Origin: Octopus sinensis
Taxonomy: Eukaryota
Length of the DNA: 41,834 bases
Reading direction: 5' to 3'
Assembly: GCF_006345805.1 (NCBI RefSeq)
Contig: NW_021835196.1
Coordinates: 1 to 41,834 of the forward strand
Shown here one piece after another: positions 1 to 10,361 of this stretch (the stretch's first letter is position 1; each line of letters starts with the position of its first letter). The notes under the pieces were generated by a model. The model saw only the letters and a program-made list of their open reading frames with translations, had not been told where the DNA came from and did not search any database. Made by a program: the position numbers and the translations under genes.

Positions 1-144
1 ATCGATATAGGAAAATTCGCAAAAAAAAGACGAAGACAGTTGGTTTTGCCATATATATATATATATGTGTGTGTGTGCATATTCAAATACATAGACTGAC
101 TGATAGATAAAGAGAGAGTAATGGATGAATGGATGGACAGAGAA

Positions 145-248
<104 letters not shown>

Positions 249-560
249 AGATAGATATGATATATAGCATGATTATACTGTATACACATATGCTATCATA
301 AGTGCTTGTATGTGTGTGCAGCCATTATGTGTAAATACTATACACGCGTATATCGAGAACTTCAGAATTTCAATACGGTTTGCATAAAAAAATTCGTGGA
401 CATGTTACTCGCCCAAATGAACAAGATTAACTTATTTCACTTCGCCATTTTTAGAGTAATTATCACACACACACTCACGCATTCACACACACACATACAC
501 ACTTACGCATTCACACACTCACACACACTCATACACACACACACACATATACACACATGT

Positions 561-1053
561 ATTCTTTTATTCGTTTGAGTCAGTAGACTACGCCCATGCT
601 GGAAGAAAATTAGTTGAGCGAGTCAACCCCAGCACATTTCTTCGCGAACTGCTATGGAACACGTAGAGCTTCTTTGCTTTGGTTACTATAGAAACAGATT
701 TCTTCGCCACGGTGATGTCTAAAATACTCGCTTCGGATTGGCTAAAATAACCAAATTTTGTATAAATTTTAAAGGCTAATAACTTTTTTATTCTATCGGT
801 CATTTTTGCCGAGCGGCTAAGCTAAGAAGACGCAAACACACCAACACCGGTTGTCAAGCGTGGTGGGTGGAGAATAAACTTACACACACGCGCAATGTAT
901 ATACGACAGGTTTCTTTCAGTTTTCGTCTACCAAGATCATTTACAAGGCTTTGGTCGGCTCAGGGCAGTAGAAAAAGATACTTGCTCAAGATGCTAAACC
1001 CTGAACCCTGTTGTTGGGAAGAAAACCTCTTACCACAAAGTCACGCCTGCACC
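561..1053 (-). mobile_element. tRNA-derived SINE, family A, degenerate, with an internal insertion (~630-790)
   Basis: Reverse complement matches the head, body and tail of the intact copy at 1273-1668. Confidence 0.8.
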
Positions 1054-1084
1054 TATATAATTTTTTATTCGCTCCAGTCAATAA

Positions 1085-1250
1085 CCTTTGGCGATCAGTA
1101 TCACTCTTGAACAGTTTTCGCCGAACAAATCAACCCTGTTACTTACGTATTCAAGTCTATCGAAGTCTTCGCTGAAACGCTAAGTTACAATTACGTACAC
1201 AAAACAACACCGATTGTCAAACGGTAGGGGCACACACGCTAATACAATGA
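1085..1250 (-). mobile_element. SINE family A tail fragment, degenerate
   Basis: Contains 'ttcgccgaac...gctaagttac...caacaccgattgtcaa', matching the family A tail in reverse complement. Confidence 0.6.
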
Positions 1251-1272
1251 CAAACGCACACATGCACATATA

Positions 1273-1668
1273 GGCGCAGGAGTGGCTGTGTGGTAAGTAG
1301 CTTGCTTACCAACCACATGGTTCCGGGTTCAGTCCCACTGCGTGGCATCTTGGGCAAGTGTCTTCTGCTATAGCCCCGGGCCGACCAATGCCTTGTGAGT
1401 GGATTTGGTAGACGGAAACTGAAAGAAGCCTGTCGTATATATGTATATATATATGTGTATGTGTTTGTGTGTTTGTCCCCCTAGCATTGCTTGACAACCG
1501 ATGCTGGTGTGTTTATGTCCCCGTTACTTAGCGGTTCGGCAAAAGAGACCGATAGAATAAGTACTGGGCTTACAAAGAATAAGTCCCGGGGTCGAGTTGC
1601 TCGACTAAAGGCGGTGCTCCAGCATGGCCGCAGTCAAATGACTGAAACAAGTAAAAGAGAGTAAAGAG
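1273..1668 (+). mobile_element. tRNA-derived SINE, family A, near full length
   Basis: A-box-like TGGCTGTGTGG, B-box-like GGGTTCAGTCC, central (TA)/(TG) tract, tail ending 'gactgaaacaagtaaaagag'; many homologous copies in the window. Confidence 0.9.
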
Positions 1669-1699
1669 ATATACCGTGACCGTTAGATACACGTGTGCT

Positions 1700-2098
1700 C
1701 CTCTCTCCATTTCACTTTCCATACATTTTTATCCTTGTGCATTTTTTGAAAAGGTGTTTATACTCGAAACAAAAGATTTCTCCTGAGCATAAAACTATAT
1801 ACACAGTGTTTCTTAGTTTTTTTTTATTTCCCACGTGTTCCTGTTATATGTTTTTGCACCATATCTATCTAACTATCTATCGACCTATTTCAATATGCGG
1901 CCGCGTGTGTATCGTTGGCGATTTTTTCCTCCGTCTTCCCTTCCTTGGATCTTTCCTTTTCCTATGTTTCTGACAAAGTGCTCCGCTCGAAACGTTAAAT
2001 CCTCCTTCTTTCTTTCCTTTCCTGGGCGTCCAATAAAACTATACTTGTTCCATGTCCTCGCGTTGTTGTGTTTTCTCTTTGTTAATGCTTGGATTAAC
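1700..2098 (+). mobile_element. Penelope-like element terminal (pseudo-LTR) remnants
   Basis: Two 'ctcgaaac' modules (1766-1773 and 1986-1993), the second inside a hammerhead-like core, followed by an AATAAA and a microsatellite. The family assignment is inference. Confidence 0.5.
1966..2000 (+). ncRNA. Degenerate minimal hammerhead-like motif
   Basis: GTTT-CTGACAA-AGTGCTCCGCTC-GAAA-CG-T-T-AAAT: core CUGANGA with G8>A, stem II G(T)GC/GCTC, palindromic ACGT as stem III, stem I GTTT/AAAT. Confidence 0.45.
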
Positions 2099-2100
2099 TA

Positions 2101-2199
<99 letters not shown>

Positions 2200-2240
2200 A
2201 TATCTATCTATCCATGTATCCATCTATGTATCTATCTATC
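2098..2240 (+). repeat. (TATC)n microsatellite
   Basis: Direct inspection. Confidence 0.95.
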
Positions 2241-2693
2241 TGTATATGTGTATGTATATGCTCCGACGCATAATTCTCAGAGTCTTCCGGCGGCTCATAT
2301 CCTCCACCTCCGCCTTGCACATCTTCCCTAATTTACCACCCTCCTCACACCAAGCTCTCCATCCCCTACTCCCAATTCCTCCCTCTACGTTGGCTCTGCA
2401 TTGACGACCATGACTTTCAGACTCAGTCTAAACTCATAGCTTGCCACTTAATCCTACATCGATGTCCCCCTCACCATTATCCACACTGCCCTTGCCTGGG
2501 CACGATCTGCGCACCGTGCCTCTGCTCCTTCTCCTCGCACTCGCCCCACCCTCACCCGTCTCCCCGGTATATATATATATGTACATATACATATATATAT
2601 ATATATATTATTTTCCTGAGCGCTTATTAATAATAATACTGTAATTGTTCCATTGTTGTTGTTTTTTGTCCCGTTTGGATTAAAATATATATA

Positions 2694-2726
<33 letters not shown>

Positions 2727-2732
<6 letters not shown>

Positions 2733-2887
2733 GACAGGTTTCTTTCAGTTTTCGTTCTACTAAATCCACTCACCCACTCACAAGGGTTTGATCGACCCGA
2801 GACTATACTAGAAGACACTTGCGGAACGTGTCACGCTGTGGGACTGAACTCGGAATCATGTGGTTGAGAAGCAAACTTCTTACCACG
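2727..2887 (-). mobile_element. SINE family A, 5' half
   Basis: Reverse complement matches the head/body of 1273-1440. Confidence 0.8.
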
Positions 2888-2896
2888 TATATATAT

Positions 2897-3430
2897 ATGT
2901 TTCTTTATTAGCCACACACGGTTGCACACAGACGGGACAGAATACAAAGTAGAGCTTTTCTTTTTGGGGAGAAAAAAAAAGAAAAAAAAAGTGGGGTAGG
3001 TTTTCGATCAAAAGGGATCGTAAAAGGGAAAGGTAAAAAAAAAATGATCAATACGGATCGTGTATCACAGAAATGTCATGATGTAAAGTGTAAAGGGGGA
3101 AGCAGATACGGTTTATTCGTGGAAAGAAAAGCCTACGGAAAAGGCCATGGTAACCTTGGTCAATAATGTCACATGTTAATACATTTGTTTTCGAGTAGGT
3201 AATCCTCTGTTTTAAATTTTTCCGGGTTCATGGGATTATGCTCAAGGTGGCTTCGTCATTGAAATGTGCTATCCTTGCTACATTCACCCATCTTTTTTTG
3301 AAACATTCGCTAGACAAGACTTGCCTCTCTACTCTCACTTTCCTTTTCAAGTGATACTTGAAGAAGTTGATGAGAGATTGACCAGAGAGGAAAGTGTGTA
3401 TCTCGAATCCTTTCAGACGCGTCCACCATA
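2897..3430 (-). mobile_element. 5'-truncated LINE 3' end, probably Tx1/L1 clade (ORF2 C-terminus + 3' UTR)
   Basis: Minus frame WWTRLKGFEIHTFLSGQSLINFFKYHLKRKVRVERQVLSSECFKKRWVNVARIAHFNDEATLSIIP* (stop at 3228) resembles the Tx1-type ORF2 C-terminus; the pyrimidine-rich 3' UTR ends in AATAAAGAAAC + (AT)n. Confidence 0.65.
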
Positions 3431-3569
3431 TATATATACACACACACAAATATATATGCATACATATGAGCATACCACACATATATATATATATATATAT
3501 ATGAGCATATATAGATATCGTAGAACTCCAGTATAACTGCGTCTAATGACGCAACGTAGTAGATATATA

Positions 3570-3637
3570 CAATATATTTTCATTCTTATATATATATAAT
3601 ATATTATAATATTACATACATACATACAAATATAATG

Positions 3638-3669
<32 letters not shown>

Positions 3670-3697
3670 TATATTATATATATATATATACATACAT

Positions 3698-3734
<37 letters not shown>

Positions 3735-3798
3735 TATATATAGATAATATATATATACGTATACATGTGTGTGCGTGCGTACGTGTGTGTGTGGTGTA

Positions 3799-3831
<33 letters not shown>

Positions 3832-3880
3832 GCGTGCGTGTGTGTGTGTCTGTGTGTGCTAGTGTGTGCGTCTGTGTGTA
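3570..3880. repeat. Compound (TA)n/(CA)n/(TG)n microsatellite
   Basis: Direct inspection. Confidence 0.95.
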
Positions 3881-4003
3881 CATATTCTTCTATTTTATAC
3901 AAATCACCGCTTCTCAACTTACGACGCCTCTCATATACCCTCAACTCGCCAGTCCATGCTTTCATGCACCCGCTTACGTTGTAGTCTATATATTCTTATC
4001 CAC

Positions 4004-4240
4004 ATGAAGGCGGCGAGCTGGCAGACACGTTAGCGCGCCGGACGAAATGCTTAGCGGTATTTCGTCTGCCGCTACGTTCTGAGTTCAAATTCCGCCGAGG
4101 TCGACTTTGCCTTTCATCCTTTCGGGGTCGGTAATAAAGTACAGTTCGTTCGCGCACTGGGGTCGATGTAATCGACTTACCCGTTTGTCTGTCCTTGTTT
4201 GTCTCTCTATGTTTAGCCCCTTGTGGGCAATAAAGAAATA
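4004..4240 (+). mobile_element. tRNA-derived SINE, family B, full length with 17-bp TSD
   Basis: Head aaggcggcgagctggcag, B box GAGTTCAAATTCC, tail aataaagaaata; TATATATTCTTATCCAC duplicated at 3987-4003 and 4241-4257. Confidence 0.92.
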
Positions 4241-4740
4241 TATATATTCTTATCCACCCTTAAAAAGCTGGTTAACTACCCGCTCATCTACTATTCAATG
4301 CTTGCCTCTACGTACAATGTTTGCTACCCGCTTTCCTGTGGCGATTACGGGTGACAGACTAGAGGTCAATATATGTAAATTTACATTGATATAGAGGTCT
4401 GGTGATCAGGATCGAATCACATCAGATCTAAGCAAGAAAGCAAAATGAGAGAAAAGACAAAAAATGAATGATAAAGAAAGAAAGAAGCAAAGCAAGAGTA
4501 AAATCAAATTTTCGGAGTTTGGAACCCGACATCCTGTTCATTGGCCCATACTACACCTTCCTATGTATACTTTATGCGTGTGTGTGTGTGCTTCTACGAA
4601 ATCATGTATGCTTGTATGTATACATACATATGAGTAAACATAAGCACGCGCGTAAGCGTACGCACAGAGAAACACACGCACACACATACACACATGCATA
4701 TTAAATGCAAATGTATGTATACATATGTACATAGCGATAT

Positions 4741-4886
4741 GCGCAGGAGTGGCTGTGTTGTAAGTAGCTTGCTTACCAACCACATGGTTCCGGGTTCAGT
4801 CCCACTGCATGGCACCTTGGCCAAGTGTCTTGTACTATAGCATCGGCCGACCAAAGCCTTGTGAGTGAATTTGGTAGACGGAAACT
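4741..4886 (+). mobile_element. SINE family A, 5' half, truncated by the adjacent family B copy
   Basis: Matches 1274-1420. Confidence 0.85.
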
Positions 4887-5885
4887 AGCGAGCTGGCAGA
4901 AATCGTTAGCACGTTCAAAAAGCTTAGCAAAATTTCGCCTGTCTTTACGTTCTGATTTCAAATTCTGATGAGGTCGACTTTGCCTTTCATCCTTTCGGGG
5001 TCGATAAATTAAGTACCAGTTACCCTCTGGAGTCGATGTAATCGATTTACTCACACCCCCGAAATTGCTGGTCTTGTACCAAAACGTTGGAACTATTAGT
5101 GTTAGTATTATCATTGTGTAAGTGGCATACTATCAGATTTGTTAGCAAGCCGGACAAAATTCTAAATGGCATTCTCTCCGACTCTTTCCATTCTGATTTC
5201 AAATCATGCTGAGATCAAAGTTGCTCTTCATCTTTTTCGGGGTCGATAAAATAAAGTACCCGTCAAATAATGACATCGATATGATATACTTGCACCTCCT
5301 CTCAACATTGCTGGCTTTGTATGAAAAATAGAAAGAATTATTATTATTGTGGTTTTTGATTTAGATACAAAGCTAGAAATTTTGAAGGAAAGACCCAATT
5401 TCGACAAAAATACAATATTAATCTAGTACTCGTATCGAAGGAATCCATTAACTCTTTGGGCTCAAAATTACTGGCCCTGTGCCTACAAGTCAGCAAGCGG
5501 GCAGAATCATTAGCGCATCGTGCAAAATTCTTTCTGGCGTTTCTTTCGACTCTTTTACGTTCTGAATTCAAATCCCACCAAAACAAACTTTGACTTTCAT
5601 CCTTGCTGGTCGCTAAAATATCGTACCAGTCAAGTACTATGTTCAATGCAATTGACTTGCCACCTTCCCTCAAAAATTCCTGGCCTTGGGTTGAAACTTA
5701 GAAGGCGGCGAGCTGGTAGAATTATTAGTGCGTGGGACAATATACTTAGCGACATTTCTTCCGATGCTTTACGTTCTGAATTCAATTCCCGACATGGTCA
5801 GCTTTGTTTTTCATCTTTTCAGGGTCATTAAATAAAGTACCAGTTTAGAATTTGAGCCGAGAAATTTGACTAACCCACTTCTCCT
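4887..5885 (+). mobile_element. Cluster of four same-orientation family B-like SINEs (~4887, ~5125, ~5495, ~5701), variably degenerate
   Basis: Each contains 'ttagc...acgttctga.ttcaaat...ttttcatc.ttt..ggtc...aataaagtacc'. Confidence 0.75.
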
Positions 5886-5890
5886 AGAGT

Positions 5891-6204
5891 GGAGGTAACA
5901 TGGCCTAGTGGTTAGAGCAGCTGACTCGCGGTCGAGGGATCACGAGTTCGAATCTCAGACCGAGCGATGTGTGCGTTTATGAGCGAAACACCTAAGCTCC
6001 ACGCTGCTCCGGCAGAAGGTAATGGCGAACTTCTGCTGACTCTTTCGTCACAACATTCTCTCACTCTTTCCTCCTGCATCTTGCAGCTCACCTGCGACGG
6101 ACCGGCGTCCCGTCCAGGTGGGGAACCTATACGCCAATGAAACCAGGAAACCGGCTCTTATGAGCCAGGCATGGCTCGAGAAGGAACAAAACAACAACAA
6201 CAAC
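5891..6204 (+). mobile_element. tRNA-derived SINE, family C
   Basis: A box TGGCCTAGTGG, B box GAGTTCGAATCT, tail ending in (AAC)n. Confidence 0.85.
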
Positions 6205-6974
6205 ACTTCCCTCTACAATTGCTAGCCTTGTGTCAAAATTCGAAAGAATTATTATTACTCTGTTTATTGCTAAGGTCGTTGTGCGTATTGGTGTTGTTAT
6301 TACTGTTTAGTCCCTGGTCGAGCATATATATTTATGATCACAGTCGGTCCATCTATGGCCACTCGTCATTTTTCCAAATACTACGAACCCTAGCACCGCA
6401 TCAAGTAACCTATCCATTTCTTCTTTAAAGACGACAGGGCGTGATTTGAGGGTGGTTTAGCTGTCGTTTCTAAAAGAAAGAGTGACCACGCAAAAACTCC
6501 TTTATTGGTTCGTACTGTGACTTTTGTTTTATGGGGTGTGAAAATAGATTTGGCATGCGGGATTGAAATGAACAGAATGTACGTGGACAGTTATATTAAA
6601 ATGCGTTGCTGAGGGATAATTTTTGTGAGATATAACATACTAGATTAATTTTATTGGGTGCGTATACATTTATGAATACGGTAGAGAGGGCGCTATAAAG
6701 TCTTTAAAAAAGAAATTAAAAAATAGAATATATGTATGTGCTGACATGCTGGATAAATTTTATTAGAAACTGGGAGGGTGGTTCATTTAAGCTGTCGGGA
6801 ATCCCATATTGCTTTATGGCCATATGTATGTGGGCAATAAACTGTGATTCCATTTCGTGTAAAGTGGGAGGTGTTTGACAGTGGCACAGTGTTTTGTGAT
6901 TGAATATTTGTGTATTGAGCAAATGCTGGAGTGACCGGTAGTGGCTGGAGAGGAACATTTCTTTAAGGTTTTGT

Positions 6975-7690
6975 ATATAAGTTAGTTAATTTTTTGGCTC
7001 AAAAAGCAAAAAGCAAGACCATGTAGGGGGACATGGAGTTATGTACAGGGTGGTGTCCATGTAAAGAGTTCAGGCCACTTGAGGTCAAGGGAGACTTTGA
7101 ACCGAGCGGTCGTCGGCATCTTCACCATCTCGTCTGGCAGATTATTCCACGGATCCGCAACCCGGACGGAGAAAGCCCCTCTCCTTCGATTGAGATGAAA
7201 TCGTCGCAGATAGAGCTTTTCGGAATGACCCCCGCAGTCGACGCTCTGGAGTAGGAGTGAAGAACAGCTCTTTCAAGAGGTTACACTTTCCGCTTATGAT
7301 GTTGTGAGCAAGAATGAGATCTCCACGGCGTCGTCGTTTTTCTAGAGAATAAAGGTCGAGCGTCTTCAGCCTTTCTTCATAAGACAGATTCTTGAGACCA
7401 AGAACCATGCGGGTAGCCAGCTTCTGGACTCTTTCGAGATACTGTATGAATTTGAGGAGATAAGGAGAAGAGGCTTGAATCCCGTACTCCAATATGGGTC
7501 TCACCAGCGTGACATAGAGCGGTAGGAATATGGCTGCTGTGAGCATTCCGAATGACCGTCGAATCAAGAACAGAATTCCGCGTGCTTTGTTGGCAGCATG
7601 GACGCACTGGGCCGAAGGCAAAAAGGAGGAATCCACCAAGATACCTAGGTCCTTTACCTGATCGGTCCTCTCCAGCAGCAGACGACCCGG
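6975..7690 (-). mobile_element. CR1-clade LINE 3' fragment (C-terminal part of the RT ORF), frameshifted
   Basis: QVKDLGILVDS...LVRPILEYG...LERVQKLATRMV.GLKNLSYEERLKTLDLYSLEKRRRRGDLI are hallmark CR1 motifs. After a 1-nt frameshift near 7230 the reading continues HSEKLYLRRFHLNRRRGAFSVRVADPWNNLPDEMV...FKVSLD. Confidence 0.93.
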
Positions 7691-7789
7691 CTCGAAATCA
7701 TGTTGAGTTGCAGGAGGAGAGCCAACGGGCATTACAGGTTAATAATTTTAGAAAGTGGGTTGTGCTTCTGTATTGCAAAATGGTCAGCA

Positions 7790-8079
7790 GCTGAGCATTT
7801 CTTTATTAAGGACAAAGAATCAAATCAGATCAGACGTACTCTTTTAAATCATAGGCAGGTAAGGGTGGTTTACCGGATTTTGTGGAGTATATATTTCCAT
7901 ATCATACACGGGACACAGATTCAATGCAAGGTTACTCATTTTTACCTGCTGAGTAGACTGGAGCAACGTGAAACAAAGCGTTCTTATCAAGGACACGACG
8001 AATTGCCCGATCCCGGGATCGAAACCACAATATTACGGTCATGAGTGCAACACTCTAACAACTAAGCCACGGGCGTCCA
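7790..8079 (-). mobile_element. tRNA-derived SINE related to family E
   Basis: Reverse complement 'gtggcttagttgttag...gtttcgatccc...gtgtccttgataagaacgc...cacgttgctccagtctactcagc' matches the head and core of 33494-33630; the tail extent is approximate. Confidence 0.75.
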
Positions 8080-8301
8080 CGTTTTCAAGGGTATGGGGTT
8101 ATAATCTTTGTGAGGTCTTGTGTAAATTAATATCGGTTATATTTTGTAAAAGCTCACTGAGAGTGAGATTTTGTGTGGGTTTATAATCGATAATTGGTTA
8201 TTATACATACATACACACATATAGTTATGTATGTACATATATATATATATATATGTGTGTGTGTGTATGTATATATATATATATGTATGTATGCATGTAT
8301 G

Positions 8302-8418
<117 letters not shown>

Positions 8419-8520
8419 TTATATATAACGTAAAGTATACTAGCCATCTCAAAATGGCTAACCACTAAGGGTGGGTGTTACTGTAGCTTTTAGCCCTAGG
8501 AGATCATCGTCTCCAGCTGG

Positions 8521-8711
8521 CTTTAGGCACACTTTCTGTGCTCTTATTGCATTTGCAAAGGGAGGTCATCCCTCTCTCGTAAACCTAAGCGATACGCACG
8601 GACTGCAGTTTCGAGGTATTTGCCTCTTGTCCGTGCGTATCGCATAGGTTTACGAGAGAGGGATGACCTCCCCTTGCAAATACCATAAGGGCACAGAAAG
8701 TGTGCCTAAAG
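8521..8711. repeat. 83-bp-arm inverted repeat (5 mismatches, 25-nt spacer)
   Basis: Arms aligned by hand. Confidence 0.93.
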
Positions 8712-8764
8712 ATTTATTATTGCTAAATATATATATATATATATATTATTTATTTTATAGAAGG

Positions 8765-8812
8765 AGCTTCTACAGGACTAGAACTGTTTCATTCAGAAAT
8801 CATCAGGAAGCT
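8765..8812 (-). ncRNA. Type I hammerhead-like motif, copy 1 (3-nt deletion in loop II)
   Basis: Minus strand: AGCTTC-CTGATGA-TTTCTGAAT-GAAA-CAG-TTCTAGTC-CTGT-A-GAAGCT. Confidence 0.6.
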
Positions 8813-8859
8813 CTTCTGATGATTTCTTTTGAATGAAACAGTATAGTCCTGTAGAAGCT
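8811..8859 (+). ncRNA. Type I hammerhead-like motif, copy 2 (stem I disrupted at the inversion junction)
   Basis: CTCTT-CTGATGA-TTTCTTTTGAAT-GAAA-CAG-TATAGTC-CTGT-A-GAAGCT. Confidence 0.5.
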
Positions 8860-9053
8860 CCTTCTATAAAATAAATTAATTTACTCTGCTATGTATTGAG
8901 TACCTTATTTACTGTGGTTAACCCCGACTCAACCCGGGACCTACCTATATATATATATATATATATATGTAGGTCCCGGGTTGAGTCGGGGTTAACCACA
9001 GTAAATAAGGTACTCAATACATAGCAGAGTAAATTAATTTATTTTATAGAAGG

Positions 9054-9106
9054 AGCTTCTACAGGACTAGAACTGTTTCATTCAAAAGAAATCATCAGGA
9101 ATAGCT
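9054..9106 (-). ncRNA. Type I hammerhead-like motif, copy 3 (2-nt insertion in stem I)
   Basis: Minus strand: AGCTATTC-CTGATGA-TTTCTTTTGAAT-GAAA-CAG-TTCTAGTC-CTGT-A-GAAGCT. Confidence 0.6.
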
Positions 9107-9138
9107 AAAAGCTACAGTAACACCCACCCTTAGTGGTT

Positions 9139-9410
9139 AGCCCAATGGTTAAGGGAGCCTACTTGCGATCGTAGGATCTCGGTTTCGATTCCCAGACCAG
9201 GCGTTGTGAGTGTTTATTGAGCGAAAACACCTAAAGCTCCGGCGGTCCCTGCTGTGCTCTTTCGCCACAACTTTCTCTCACTCTTACTTTTGTTAGCCTG
9301 CTCGCTTAGCCAGCGGGGTGGCGTCATTTGAAGGCTAAAACAATGCGAAGCGCATTGTGACCAGCGATGTGTAGCAACATCTGATAGCCTGCTCAGTCAC
9401 AGTGATCACG

Positions 9411-9414
<4 letters not shown>
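9139..9414 (+). mobile_element. tRNA-derived SINE, family D
   Basis: tRNA-like head (agcccaatggtt...ggtttcgattccc); central segment shared with family C (gagcgaaa.cacctaa.gctcc...ctctttcg.cacaac.ttctctcactct); different tail. Confidence 0.8.
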
Positions 9415-9448
<34 letters not shown>

Positions 9449-9461
9449 ATTTTATAGAAGG

Positions 9462-9512
9462 AGCTTCTACAGGACTAGAACTGTTTCATTCAAAAGAAAT
9501 CATCAGGAAGCT
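9462..9512 (-). ncRNA. Type I hammerhead-like motif, copy 4 (intact, 51 nt)
   Basis: Minus strand: AGCTTC-CTGATGA-TTTC-TTTT-GAAT-GAAA-CAG-TTCTAGTC-CTGT-A-GAAGCT; 6-bp stem I, 4-bp stem III, GUA cleavage triplet. Confidence 0.75.
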
Positions 9513-9729
9513 TGCTGTCAAAATAAGTTTTGGCATTTATACATTTAGGCAGATTTAATGGGGTGGTGGTGGGGGACATTTTTGGGTAAGCAGGGCACAA
9601 ACTGTCATTCTTAGGGGAGTGGTCAAAAGAATCAGTGATAAAGTAGATAAATGAATAAATTGAATAATAGAATAAAGTTTTAGGTAAATAAGAACTATCG
9701 CTTATATATTATATATATATATATTATAT

Positions 9730-9772
<43 letters not shown>

Positions 9773-9873
9773 ACATATACACATACTCATACATTCACAC
9801 ACACATATATACATACACACATATACATACATATACAGATACACATACACATACATGCCAACATGCAAGCACA

Positions 9874-10010
9874 ACAGCAAGCTTCCTGATGATTTCATTT
9901 GAATGAAACAGTTCTAGTCCTGTAGAAGCTCCTTCCATAAAATAAATTAATTTACTCTGCTATGTATTGAGTACCTTATTTACTGTGGTTAACCCCGACT
10001 CAACCCGGGA

Positions 10011-10012
<2 letters not shown>
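9874..10012 (+). mobile_element. Probable Penelope-like 3' terminal fragment (hammerhead + AATAAA + ~70-nt tail ending in (TA)n)
   Basis: Near-identical to 8816-8944 (+) and 8968-9098 (-); always abuts (TA)n. The PLE assignment is inferred from the hammerhead plus the inverted arrangement. Confidence 0.6.
9880..9930 (+). ncRNA. Type I hammerhead-like motif, copy 5 (intact, 51 nt)
   Basis: AGCTTC-CTGATGA-TTTC-ATTT-GAAT-GAAA-CAG-TTCTAGTC-CTGT-A-GAAGCT. Confidence 0.75.
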
Positions 10013-10052
<40 letters not shown>

Positions 10053-10328
10053 TTTATACATGCATATATATGCACACACACACACATACACACACACACA
10101 CAAAGGATTATATATACATGCACCTAGATATGTATATGCCTGGGGTTTCTAACCCCAGGAGTTTACTCTGTTAAGCCGAACCTTGTCTATAGGCTATCAG
10201 ACAGTCTGTAAACTGGAGATGGTTTGTTCTACCAAACCCAAACATATGAAAATTCCATGAAGTTCCATAGAGTTTCATACTGACGAATGAGAAGACTGGA
10301 GCGAACATATTTTACTACTCATATGTCA

Positions 10329-10361
<33 letters not shown>

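Larger units (their letters stand above)
8456..9142. repeat. Nested fold-back structure bounded by a perfect 39-bp inverted repeat
   Basis: 8456-8494 is the exact reverse complement of 9104-9142. Internal hairpins: 8521-8603/8629-8711, ~8749-8812/~8815-8877 and ~8816-8944/~8968-9098. Confidence 0.93.

Noticed and set aside
4960-4990. CTGATGA inside a SINE B copy as a hammerhead core
   Set aside because: It is a point-mutant of 'ccgccgagg' with no GAAA or stems.
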